Origin: Takakia lepidozioides
Taxonomy: Eukaryota; Plantae; Bryophyta
DNA: 64,000 nt
NCBI GenBank assembly: GCA_030704615.1
Contig: CM060731.1
Location: 32,550,001 to 32,614,000, forward strand
Direction of reading: 5' to 3'
Under the pieces are notes generated by a model. It ran no database searches, was not told the DNA's origin, and saw nothing but the letters and a program-made list of their open reading frames with translations. Position numbers and translations under genes: made by a program. This document shows positions 13,878 to 26,963 of this stretch, piece after piece. Within the stretch, counting starts at the first letter, position 1. Each line of letters starts with the position of its first letter.

Positions 13878-16473
13878 ATCTTTAGAGAGTCGGTTGTCAA
13901 AGTCAAGCCATCCACAAGGTGGCACCATCTACATGAATTCCGCAATGGGTCGGAGGTTGTTTTCCACTACTGATGTGGCGGCATGGTTTGCATCAAAAAC
14001 ATCATTTGCTTGCTGAGTAAGAAACTCACGATCTTCACTTGACCTGCAGGGGTCTGCAGAGCCGGCCACTCGTGCAAGTTTCTTCTTTTTGTGGACCTCC
14101 ACTCTAGCAAGGGAGGTTTAGTCGGTTGGCAAAAGCTACTACACTTGTACAATAGGACTAAATTTCTTATGGAAAATTGGTTTCCTCTCCAGTGCACTTT
14201 TAACTCTTGGTCTCCCTCTCTTCACTAGTTGTTATTGATCATTCTTCCTTTCAAGGAGAGAGTGTGACACGGGCAATCTAAAGCGCACTTGAACTTCGTC
14301 TAGCTCTCTTACAAACCATTTTGGACCACTCTTCTGGGGAAATTATGAAAACTGTTTTTCTTACTAGTTACTTAAGATCTTCGGATCTGACTAAGCAACT
14401 GCTGTACATTTGATATGTGATCAGTGATTCAAGATCTCTTGGTTAGATTTCTGCTCCGCTGTCGTAGGCGTCAACATTCACAGACATTCTAAGTGAAGGG
14501 CGTAGATTCAAATTTCAGTTGCGCAGACCGGATCCCTGCCGTCAAATTTGAAATCTGATGCAATTTGGGCACTACAGTTACTGGGGAGCTCTGGCTATCG
14601 ACAAGTTCTGACATATGCAAGCCCAGGGGCCAGGATCATTTTTACTCTGTAAATGGCCATGCCAATAACAAACTTCCTGCAGCCGCCAACGATGCCTGCA
14701 GTCACAGCGTATTTCACAACTAAAATCTCAATACTTTCACCAGGAGCGCACTTAAAGTAATGCGTGAAAGACACTACTATTAGCATCTGTGAAAACTTTT
14801 ACCGTATTAAGTACCAAAGTTGGTAATCGTGTTCAAAGTAATAGCATCATGCATGCAGGCTGTGCTTGAATTGACTAATCATTCCTAAGATGTTTACTTC
14901 ACTGTGGTCTCCGTCCTTCCAATAGTACAGTAGTATACAGAAAAGGTTGAGAGTAGCACACAGAACAGGTTGAGAGCGACCTCAGATGAAACTGTCTCCA
15001 GTGGTTAGGAAGGAGGAGCCAGTTGGGTAGTCTGTGATCCACCGAAATCTTGTTAGGTGTGGGTCCTCACCACCGCCATGATCTCGACCTGTGTCACTGT
15101 CAATTAGGTGGAAGACATCTGGGAGTCCAATGACGGAGAATGGGTTCTCGCTGGGAGGTCAGGTTAAATACTAGTGTGTCCACTGTCGATGGGCTAGTAA
15201 CTCCAGCCTACAAAGTAAAGTTAACAAGGGCAGAAGTACTCAAGTTGCATTTATGTTGATAATAGGCCAGGGGACAATATCTATCGTACTGTCCTGGACA
15301 AAAGCTCGGCAAACTGACTTGTGCTCCCCTAGCGTGTAGAGAGACTGGGTTCTCAAGGATCTTTCAGGTACTTGATCTGACTGTTTACAATTAAAAACTC
15401 CTGCAAGAAGGTACACAGCCCATTTTGTTGAATTTGAATATGCAACTCCCCAGCTAACCATGGGGTGACAAAGTCGTAAGGCACAAATGCCCAAATGGGA
15501 AGACACAGGGTACCTACTTGTGGGCACATCCGTGGATCGGAACTGACAATCGCTGCAGCGCTAGCCTTACTTCATTTCTCACGTGGTTTTGCAACTTATT
15601 CGCATCATGGCAGGAGGGAAGTCTCCAATGAGTGGGCAACAAGAGGCAGATTGGCGTAACATTCAAGTAAAATATGCTCTCGCTGAGACTGTGTGACAAC
15701 TGGATGGAGTGGGATCTCCTCCAGTGTGAGCCAGCAACGAAAGGAACGTACATTGAAGCACAACAAGGCGAAGGAGAAGCTTGCCTTCGTGTCATCAGCA
15801 GGACGAAATCAATGAGAACTGGTAAAGTCCACGACGTCTGTGTTGCTCTTGATGACTGTGTGAGACTGCATTGGAGAGCGGAACGTGCCGCTGGGCCTGC
15901 TGACAAGCTTACCCCACCATCGCTTGTTCTCAGCACCCACAAACTTCAGCCCTTCATTCTCCTCGGAATTGATGGGGAATTCATATCTTCTCCGAATTGA
16001 TTGGGAATCATAAAGCTAACTTGCAACTTGACCCACACAAGTGATGACAGAAGGGTGCAAGGTTATGGGGGCGAAACATAGTGATGGCTTGTCAGCCAAA
16101 CTTATATACAGCAAGTTACGACTTCAAATGGCAACATCACGAGAATGACCTGCATTACTCTTGAATGCAAGATATCCATGCTTGAGTAATAGGTGTAGAT
16201 CTGCTGTCAAGTTGCCACCTAGAAATTATCACACCATCTTTCAGCAATTAGCTGGATGGGCTTGGCATGACAAAGCATTCATTTTGCAAGCTGGGTGCAA
16301 ACTTAGAACCCTTTGGTTAGTCACCCTTAGGAAGACACATTGAAGCACATTGTTGCTTCCAATCTAAGTGCAGGCTGCTGTGGGGCGCGAGCATTCTAAG
16401 TAAAGAGCTCCAGCACAAGTATGTCTGAGCTGATTCAACTATTCAGGTTAGAAATGGGAGGCTTTCACTGATA

Positions 16474-19400
16474 TCAAATTAGGTTGCGCTCGGTGTGCTC
16501 CTGCAGAACGGCAGTATGCAAAGTCGTCACAAATGTGGAAAGATCGCAAGCATCACTGCTGCTCAAGTTTGTGTGTGCCAGAAAAGGTAACTTACGTAAT
16601 GCTCGCCCACTCAGCCCCTGCAACAGAGCACCGCATCCTAAATTGTTAAGGTTTCTGATCAACTTGATATTCACTTTCTGTCACCTTCCCAGGCAAGATG
16701 ACATTCTGGACTTCCATGTCCAGCAGTTTTTGCCCCAATATAGTTGTCTTTGGTAGAGAGTTTGTCAGAGATTCAAATCAGTCAAGCTAGTCATATGTGA
16801 GCAATTACTGGTGCATGGCACTTGGTTGTATGTACTTAGAAAAAACTCTCCACGGTATACATGAACTGCTGTCAAGCACAAGCCATCAGGGGTCTGGGGA
16901 GTTTTCTAGGTTTATTCTGTAAATGTCCCCAGCTACTATGCCAACATATACAGATCACTGGTGGCATTAGCTTGTATATTGCAATGTTGTGACTACAGAG
17001 CTGGTCATCATCACATCATAACTGGAAGTCGCTAAAACATGTGAGGCACAACAAAGGGGAGGTTTAATTGCAATACCTCACAATCGTCTGCTATAACCAG
17101 CAGTTGCTTTGACAGTTCCACAGATGTGTCTGCCACTTGACCAGTTTGCATGCTAGTCTTTAACAAAGACTGCAGGGTCTCGTAGCTGACCAGTCTTCTT
17201 TCTTCATGGCCTGCTGGCTGCTGCACCCCACCAATCGTTTCTTGTCAGGAGCATCCTGGCTGCCAAATCCCACAAAAAATTCGAACTTTCAAAGAGAGAT
17301 TGAGCAAAGAAAACACCAAAGGTGATTGCAAAGAAGGCATCAGTGTTAAACCTCCTACGACCCTTCCTCTTGCACTTCCTCCTACCTACTTTTCTGCCTT
17401 ACTACTTGTCTCTCGTTTGCAACAGATGTAACCAGCAATGTATTACACAATGCTGATAGTAGAGATGCTACTCCCTAAGGATTCAGAGCTGTATATATTC
17501 ATGGAACAATCATGGCACTCACATGGGTGTATTCAGTGTGCCTACCATGATAATAATTCCAGTGCGGATCAGCTCCTGCAGGCAAGAGTGAAGTATGGCA
17601 TAGCGTGCCTCCACAGAAGGTGGCCCGATGAACACTTTTATGTCAGCTCTGTCCACAAACGCAACATCTGCACCCCTTGCCCTTTTAAGGCCACCTAACA
17701 CCTTCAACAGTCCCTTTATCAAGCTAGCTTACTTTTTATTATGCACTATGCACAAGAAACAAAAGTGAAGCTACATGGCAGCAGTACATACCAATTGCAC
17801 CAGTTATGTTGGAGGTGGTGAGCACAACAACGTTGGGCCATGATTTGAGGCGGTCCAGCTGTGTGAGTAGAGCATTTACAGCCTGTCCAAGCCCATGCCC
17901 TCTCCTGAATTGAGACTTGGGCACATTCTTCACTGTATCCATAAGTAACACCCACAATGATTTGAGCTAAGCAGAAAAGTATACAGCTGCCAACGTTGAG
18001 AATATGAATATGATTCATTCAAGTTGTCATAATGCAATTCATGATTAGTATCTCTGCACAATTTGTGGCAAACTTGGCAGTGCTCTTCTGAATGTTGCTG
18101 ATTAGATCAATGGTCAGACACTCAGCTTACTCCCATTTATGAAGGGATAAGAATGATTCCAGGGCACGTACTCTGATAGAATCAGATGGCTCTGAGCCAG
18201 ACAGGGCTGCCTGCCTTGCTGCTGCCAAGCTTTCCACCTCATCTGTTCAACAAGCACCTCCATCGCATGAAATGGCATGCCCAAAGTCTAACGATATCAC
18301 CATTACCAGGCAAGCAATCTTGGAAGGTGCTCTGCTTCACAAATACCCTAAGTAATTGCAACAAGAGGTCCAGAATGCAAATACAGAGTCACATACAGAA
18401 AGTTACAGTGAGATACCCTGAATGATGGGCATCCCACCCTAATGCCGTCTGTCTTGCTTCTTCGGCCTGGTCAGTCAGTGTCTATCTCCTGTGTGTCCTG
18501 TATTTGCTATTGAGATGTATCACTAGACTCAACCCACAACACCTGTTCTACCAAATATGCAGTTAACCTGCCTCGGAGGTCAAAGAGGAGGAGGTACCAA
18601 TGAGGACCAAAACCAGGGTATCACCATCCTCTACAAGCTCATGAATCTTTTGAAAAAGCTTCGTCACCTGCTCCGTTGTCCAATTATGCAACACACGTTC
18701 ACATTAGTTCTCCATTGGTTGAGGGGCACTGCAGCAAAGATGAAGAGGAGTAAACTCAAGTGTCGAAGGCCTCTGTGTCCTGCCTATCAAAGTAGAAGTG
18801 GAATGGTTTCACCCTCCAACATAGTCATGCTTGAAAATTTTGAAGAAGTGCAGCGGGGTGAAATATCATCTGTACCAGCTTGCCGCTTTCAGAGAACCAT
18901 TTGCTGAACAGCGAGTGAGCATTGACCTCCACCAGCAGTACCTGTGCGTACCTGGTTAGGCATGTCCGGTTTTCTTTAGAGAGTCATACTCTTCTCAAAG
19001 GTCCAGAGCATGTTCATACCACAATGGAGTACATATCTACAAATGCTGACGCTATGCAAGTAAACAACTGCGGAAAACATGGTCTAGTGGGGTAAGAACA
19101 AGAGGGAATTGACACAAGCCTGCGGAAGCGGATGGACAGCTTTTGCGCAAGTGCTCTACATAAAGATGTCTTTCCTGAGCCTGGGGGCCCATGCAGCAAT
19201 ATCACCCTGAATCCCGCCCCACCAAACAGACATGAGCTTAACCATGCAGCTATTGAATGGTTCAACACTGCACCATGCACCCTCACCTGGGTTCGAGAAC
19301 AGATACTGTCCTGTCTGAACTCAAATAATGATCACTCCATCAACCTGGAATCCAAACCAGCAATTGCTCAAAACTTCACACTGGAGGATGAAGTACCGAT

Positions 19401-22400
19401 TCCAGGAGACAAGGTGTGGATTCACGCCTTTCTCTGCAAACAGCAGTGCTCTGCCAACATACCGCAGGAGACGCTGCTTTAATCCTTTTTCCAGCATCAA
19501 ACTGTCCCACCAAGTTTCACTCGCTGTCAGTGCAAGGAACAATTCTAATCTGAAAACCAAGTAGAATGGATGGTTTTCCTAGTATCTCATCAGTTCGTGT
19601 TATGCCATAGTCAAAGGCTGTGGACCCAACTCAAGTACAGTAAAAAAAATGGAACGATGAAGCTCTGTCCCCAATTGTGTGTGTGAGAGAGAGAGAGAGA
19701 ATGTACTCATAAGACGTTGTTCGGCTTAGTCTTGTGTGGCCATAGACCCCACCCCCACTTTGGGCGGAACAAGAGGGAACAGACACTACCTTTGTGAGGG
19801 GCTCACTCCGGTAGTGGGACTTGGTATAAACAATTAGTTTGGGCTTTCCACATATCCTCTAGAGTGCCATTCGCATCAATCTGCTGTGCATGAGCTGCCC
19901 CTCACTTAGACCCCAACAGGGCTAGGGCCAGAGAGAGAATGTACTCATGCTGTTCCCTGCAAACGTTGGCTTGCCATAGCCTTATGGCCATTGACCCTGC
20001 GAGAAACTAACCCTCCCGAAGCCTTTTCTGTTTGCACGCACCAGGGTTTAGCTTATCCCCACAGCTCAGCTGCAGGTATAAACTTCTCGTCTCGCAACTG
20101 CCATTAAGGTGCTCACAGAGGCACTTGTCCCCATGCAAACTCGACAGCCCGGTTGCAGAGTTATGGATTTTAGTATTATAGCCCTGCGTTTACAACAGAA
20201 ATGACATGCATGGGAAATAAAGAATTAATCCGGGTTTTCCAGATATCCTCTAGAAATCCCTTATCAATCTGCTGTGTGATTTGCCCAAAAACTAGGCCTC
20301 AGGAGGGCCTGGGCTTTTGGCTCAGCCTCGAGACTTTCAAAGTTGGTAAACAGGGGTACAGGCACAATTCCCTTGATAGAGTTGAAGAGAGCGTCTCTTT
20401 GGTGAGAGAACCCCGGACAGTGTATCAGAAAATGAATACTGTCTTCAGATTGCCCACACAATGGGCAATTGCACAATGGGCCACAGAGAGACAGAGAGAA
20501 TGTACTCTTTCGACGTTGTTTGCCATAGACCCTGCGCCCAATTTGGGAGGAACAAAAGGGAACAGACACTACCTTTGTGAGGGGCTCACTCCGGTAGTAT
20601 GACTTACCATTATAAAGACAATTAGTTCGGGTTTTCCGAACTAAGAGACACAGAAAATGTACTCATACGACGTGTTTGCCGTAGCCTTGTGGCCATTGAC
20701 CTCGCACCCAGTTGAACGGAATACAAAGGGACAGAAACTACCTTTGTCAGGGCTGACGCCGATAAGAGACAGAGAATGTACTCATAAGACGTCGTTTGCT
20801 GTAGCCTTGTGGCCATTGACCCCGCGCCCAGTTTGAGCGGAACACAAAAGGCTGCACCGGTAGTATGACTTATCTTGAAACAGACAATGGATCAAGTTTT
20901 CCAGATATCCTCTAGAAATCCCTTCACACAAACATGAATGTGCTGTGTGTGATTTGCCCAATAACTAGACCCCAAAAGGGCCTGGGCTTTTGGCTCAGCC
21001 ACAAGATTTTTCAAAGCTGGTAAACAGAGGTCCAGGAACAATTCCCTTGATGGATTTGAATAGGGTGTCTCTCTGGTGAGAGTACCCAGGACAATAAATC
21101 AGAAAGTGGATATTGTCTTCAGGTTGCCCACACACCCGGCATTTGCAATCCCCCTTTCCTCGCTGCGTCTGCTTGCTGTTCAAAGGTAGGCTACCCAACC
21201 TGAGTTTGAATTTCAGTCTAGTGCCGAGAGTGTCTAAGAGACAGAGAATGTACTCATAAGATGTTATTTGCCGTAGCCCACTTTGAGCGGAATGAGAGAC
21301 AGAGAGAGAGAGAGAAGGGATGTGATACATGGCAAGTGCACCTCTCCCAGAGACCATCGAATTCTTGGGCCGGCAGCAACCATTCTTGAAAGCTTGCAAC
21401 GGACTCATTGCCCTCTATTTCCTCCCCTGGGCCATCCTGATTCAGCTGAAGCCAGACACACACTTCAGAACTTTCATAACATGACTACACTTCAGGATCT
21501 TTCCTCTAATTCCAGACATTGAAAACAGGATGAAGGACAGAAAATTGCACCTGATAAACATACACTTGGAATGCCACTTGCCAGAACAGTAGTACTCCCT
21601 GCCCCTCTGCCACTCTTAACCCATATATGTGAGTTATGTCAACCTGCTGGGACAAGGGTGGTGGCTATGCCTATCTCCCTCAAATACCAGATTCCTTCGG
21701 TAGAGAGAAGCCTAGGATAAGTAAGGACGAGATTTTACAGATCAAAGTTTCTCAGAGTAAATTTGGCAAGATGTGCCAAGCCACAAAGAACCAACAATAG
21801 CATCATGAGACACGTTAGGTAGTTAAAGGAGCCAGCATGCCTTGAGTTGAGTGATTAGAGCATTCTAGTGTCAGCTATCACTTGTCAAAATGCAAGAAAA
21901 TGGTGGGCAGAAGACCAACAATAGTGGTGAACAATGACAATACCACTATCACAGATGCAGATGCAGTGAACATGTTCGAACAAGTAGGGCTCATCCTCCT
22001 GGCATATTGAAAGTGGACCATCAGCATATGTCATTACCTGCTTCTCAAGCATTCTGCACCAGACACTTTACCCGCCACATTCAGGCAAACCTGTCGATAC
22101 TGCCTCTAACTACCTACCTTTCTTTCTGTCGGTGTATCTGACATGAATCCCTTTTGTATTTTCACGCTTCAGTTTGGTGTCATTTAAGAGACCCTATGGC
22201 ACATTTACACACCCTCCCCACTCCAACTAACAGGAACAGAAACAGGAACATGAACAGGTTCAGAGACAGGAAACAAAGGAAAATCGAAAGAAAGAGACGT
22301 CACCTTTCAACAGCCACACGGATATCATCATGGGACACAGTGCTCGTCATCTTCAAGCATACTTCCACTGTGTCAGACAATGTTCAAACTGTTACAGATT

Positions 22401-23466
22401 TTACTGGCTTAACCACAATAGCTAAAAACTTTTGCATATTTGTCTCAATGGTCCCATCCACAAAGAATGCCCCTTACTAAGGTGGAACAAAAGTATACAT
22501 TAGCCACACTTGGTTTCTTCAGCAGGACAACCCTCCAGCAATTGTTTACACACACTGATGCTTGCGGCTAAAGATTCAGCCCAAAATTGCACCAGCCACT
22601 GCAACATGCCTGACAGACTCAAACATAACCCTCTTGGTGCTGTTCAAATCCCAAATCAGCTCTTTCAGAACTGTGGAACCATACATCTGTTGGATCCCTC
22701 CTCTCTCCCCTTCCCTTGTCCATTGCATAGGTCCAAAGGAAGACTGCCTCGCCACATTGGTGACTTTGGCCAGCTCCTGTTCTTTGTGATGTGAACAAAG
22801 GAACCAGCACTTAGTTGTGGCTAAAGCTTTGCAGATTATTATCTTGTAGGAAAATCGTATGCATAGATGCCAATTGTAACACTGAGCTGATTATGGAAAG
22901 TTAATTTGAAAGTACATAGTGTCTTAGCTTTCAGTCAGAATGTATATGGTGCTCGTGAAAGACTTTGTAACATGAATGTGAAAGAAAATGAAACACGTAG
23001 AGAATATTGTCGGTATTAGATTGAAAACAAAGCGCAAACATTGTGGCAGGTATTGTCCGATTTGGCGAAGAAAGTATGGATGTTCCTACCTCGCGGTCAT
23101 ATAATGCACGAAGTCTTTCAGTTTGTGTTACAGATTTTTTTCCTGGAGTACAATTTAGATAGGGAGTGAAAGCTATATGTCACCAATATTATCAATACCT
23201 GACCTTTATCCCGCAGTATCCCATACATTTCTCAGGTTACAGATTGACATTGCGTGCTCCGGGCAAAGATTGAATGCATTGCAGCACCTAGACATGATCA
23301 CCAATGCGGTCTGAAACCCCTCGACCCTTCCTTTCCCTACACGAGTTTAAATCAGAGACATACCAGCTATCGTCACCTTGTTTGTCGGCGGCAAAACTCC
23401 CGACGGCTGTTCAATCACCACCTCCCCTGTCTCACCTCCTTCCGCACACACCTCCATGCCTTCCAT
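16474..23466 (-). CDS. PCH2: Pachytene checkpoint protein 2 (PCH2/TRIP13) AAA+ ATPase, ~14 exons
   Basis: Exons (minus strand): 23466-23364, 22367-22304, 22053-21944, 21606-21551, 21445-21342, 19501-19397, 19206-19120, 18951-18876, 18667-18598, 18242-18172, 17882-17792, 17667-17546, ~17220-17077, 16617-16474. Motifs: [15 protein letters not shown], Walker [29 protein letters not shown], Walker [33 protein letters not shown]. Confidence 0.93.
19686..21315 (-). mobile_element. Head-to-tail stack of ~7 5'-truncated LINE 3' ends in a PCH2 intron
   Basis: The 3'-end signature (plus strand AGAGAGAATGTACTC or a close variant) recurs at ~19695, 19932, 20494, 20652, 20770 and 21242. Two copies retain the ORF2 C-terminal CCHC finger ([18 protein letters not shown]; [18 protein letters not shown]). 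(GA)n flanks both ends. Confidence 0.8.
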
Positions 23467-23625
23467 CTCTCCTTCTCGCCCTCACATCCTCCCATCCCCC
23501 ACTCCTCTCCCCATCTCTGCTGCAGAACCACCAGGCAGCCTCCACAGGCAGGAAGCCTTGCTAGCTTTGAATCATCCTATCAAACACTTGTTAAGAGCAT
23601 AACAATCCCAAATGGGATCATGGAA

Positions 23626-23698
23626 GGGGGTGTAGCTCAAATGGAAGAGCGCTCGCTTTGCATGCGAGAGGTACCGGGATCGATACCCGGCGTCTCCA
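23626..23698 (+). tRNA. tRNA-Ala (anticodon UGC)
   Basis: GGGGGTGTAGCTCAAATGGAAGAGCGCTCGCTTTGCATGCGAGAGGTACCGGGATCGATACCCGGCGTCTCCA folds as a cloverleaf with the G3:U70 Ala determinant and discriminator A. A TTTT terminator lies at 23712-23715. Confidence 0.9.
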
Positions 23699-23973
23699 CT
23701 ACTTATCAACGTTTTCCTAGAATTTACAACGCAGCACTGTTTACTTAGCACACACCCACCCACCGATGTGACCATAAATGATGGCTAGGGTTATGGGCCA
23801 TGGCGCAACATTACCTCCGTTCAGCTCATAAATTCCGGTCAACGCATCTGTGCACATTAAATGACTAATCACCCCTCGGACGTGGAAAACCAGCCCTTTG
23901 ACCAACCACAAACACGTACGGAGTCCCGACCGGCTTCATTTTTTTATGGTTCCTGGCGGGAAGGTGATACATA

Positions 23974-25623
23974 CGGACTCCCAAAAAGGCCATACTAGTA
24001 TACTATCCCGGGATATGGAATATATAGAAGATTCTCTATCCCGGAATTAAGGTTCCAAAATCCCCGGACAAGATTCTCATGCCTGTGGTTTGGTTGAAGA
24101 ACATGACGCATCTCTAATGTACCCTGAGTAACCCTAGTTGACCAAGGGTCTAGGTATATACCATGTATTTAACTTGTATGTCTTTAAAGTACAAATAACT
24201 CGTATGCATTAGTTGTACCTGACATAGCACGAGCAGTTTGCACGATGGCTGGAGCTTGGAGTGCCCGAGCTTTCTCCAAAGAGCTGTAACTCACTAAACC
24301 GCCTTACACTTCTTTTAGAGCCTAGAATTAGGTTACATGTAGTAGCTGATCATCTATGTCGGCTCGATTCAGGTGAAGATTCCAAATTCGGCACACCACG
24401 CGCCTCCCCAAACAGCAATACAAGAAAGAACCAAAGGAAAAGGTTTGTCCAAGATTGTAGATTTTTCGAGCTTGAATAATCTCTATTTCAAATTGATGAC
24501 TACAGTATTGAAGAGGTGAACTTATGATTGTGGACAGAATGAGCAGTTGCTACAACTGGGCAGGAACAGTCGTGGTGATCTCTCTGAAGTCAAGCAGGTA
24601 TTTCAGGAGGCCACATAGTTTGAAATTCTGTACCTCATAACTCAAAAATTCCCAAGGCGACCTGAATGGAGTTGCCCAAAAATGGACTTTTCACGATAAC
24701 TTTTGGGATCTAGGGGGCTCTCTTCAAGACTGTTTTGCTTGAAGAGACGCCGCCATGTTTACAGGCTGGTCTGCCAGGTCTAGCAACATATGGGGCAAGC
24801 AGAGTCAGCTTTTGACGTGGACAACTGAGGTAATTCGCATGCAAAGTATGCATGCAATGAGGTCCTACTCAGTTCTACGCTGTGTAGCTCGATGAAGTAC
24901 AAGGGTTAAATGTGGAAGGCCTTCCCCACGTTTCTTTTTAAACCTGCATGGAAGCTCTTACTTAAAGGCCGTTTGTGGCTTTATTGTGGATGTCTGATAT
25001 GTAGGATTACAAAGGAGATATTTTGGCAACCGCATCAACAGTCAGTTAAAACAACAGGCTGCAGAAATCCTGATGCACAATACCACTGTAGCATTTCTGT
25101 GGATTGAAAAATCAATCTTATAGAAAGGCATTGGACCAACCATCATTGCACGAACGGAGCAATGATTCTCCCACTGAAGCGCTTTGATTCAAATAGCGAT
25201 ACTCTTGAGCAGGTCTTAGCTTCGCATGTTCTGCAGTATTCACAGAAAAATCCATCAGGAAACTGTCAACAACATCTGGCCCCTTCAGGTCTTTCAACAT
25301 ACACGAACTTTAGGTGTACTAGTACAGGAGAAATATGCATTATGCTTAGATACACGAAGTATACGCTGACCCAAGGTCGACTAGGGTTAGTTAGGGGACA
25401 TGCGACATAACTCATGTTTTTCATCCAAATCCCTGGGATGGGAATCTTATCCAGATCTTAAGCCCGGGCTCTAGAATCTGTCCCGGGCTTTTCGGAAAAT
25501 TAAGCCCGGGCTAAAGAATCTTTACAAGAATATTGGAATGTTTGGGCCTGGGCTAGACAATATTCTAGAGAATTATAGAATCTTAGGCCCGGGCTATTGG
25601 AATATTTACTTTTTGGGATTCCG
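23974..25623. mobile_element. Non-autonomous TIR DNA transposon flanked by TA (Tc1/mariner-like TSD)
   Basis: TA|CGGACTCCCAAAAAG ... CTTTTTGGGATTCCG|TA: 15-bp TIR with one mismatch. Multiple subterminal CCCGG(G) repeats at both ends. No intact transposase. Confidence 0.65.
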
Positions 25624-26963
25624 TAGATATATCCCATACCGTTTTCCCTAAACTCCATAGGGGTAGGCAATATATATCAACGTATATGGACTCCGATTAC
25701 CAGCGCCCGGCCGACGCTCGGGCCGCCCGCCGCGATAGACGTGTGGGGCCCCCCTACAATTGGCAGTGCCCGCGAGGGCGGCGGGACGGCGGACAGAACT
25801 CTGCAACTTGCCCCTCCTTCATGTTCGTTCTCATCCATGACCGCATCCCGAGGCCATCCATCCATCCTCTGAATCTGATGCATGCATGCGTCCCGAAATA
25901 ATTAAAGAGAACTATATACAGAATCCGTATGATGGCATGCGATGCGATGGGATGGGATGGGATGGGATGGGCGGCATTCCGGTTGCAGGAGGATAGCGGT
26001 GCTGCTAACTGCAAGCACGCAAGCAAAGGAAGGCTGCCACCAAGGATTCTGGAGGGTAGAGTGCGAGAGCAGGTCGGGGGAGCACCGATCGAGCTTTCAT
26101 GGTGGCGGATTCGGTGCTGGAGTGGGGCACATGAGGTAGGAGACGGCGCACTGGCGGCGCATTGTTGGCTCTGAGGAGAGATTTTCTGTGAGGAGAGATT
26201 TTGCGTGAGCAGCTTGATCTGGGGACTCGGGCTAGTGGGAGCAGGCTTGACGGGGATTCAGTTAAGAGAGGGCGGGGGAGAGGGAGAGGGGGGAAGAGAG
26301 ATGAGGACCGGGGACGGGAGGAAGCTGTGGGAGTAGGGTGGACTGTACGACATATCATGCCTGTGGGGGTAAGAGAATGCTCCGACTGCCCTTTCGTGGT
26401 ACCTTTCGGGGTGCAAGCAAAGCAGGAAGGATCGGACGAGTTGCAGAGAGTACTCAGGTGCGGTTGATTGCGTGATGTTCACTGGCATTTTCATCTTTTG
26501 CAAATTGTTGTCTGCGCTTCTTGCAGCGGGCATAGTTTTGGGGCTCGGAACTCGTCTGCCTGTGTTAGCTGTAGGATGTGCCCTTGTTCCAGACCTGCAT
26601 TGATCTTTACATACACTCCAGCTGTTGAAATTTTTGCCGAGAGATTTGTTCGCAAGTTTTGTATCGTACCGTCGGTGTGTAGCAACATGTTGGGAAATAG
26701 CAACATAACAACATAACACCCTTCATGCCCCTAGCTGTAGCAACATACATTTTCCCTGCAGATCTCCAGACTTTACTACTGGCGACCGTTCGTTTGGTGG
26801 GCAGGGCTGACTTGTCCCTTGTGTGCGTGTTCCAAACTGGTGTGGCATGTCTGCAGCTATCAGTTCCCCTATAGCAGGGGGTGTTGCTGCTGTGGGAGGC
26901 GGTGGGGACGAGGTAACGCAATCGGCGGACTTCCTGACCATCATCACCGAAGCAAAGTATGAA

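Noticed and set aside
14950-16020. Possible extra gene between the HLS1-like gene and PCH2
   Set aside because: Short ORFs on both strands with no recognisable homology or consistent exon chain.
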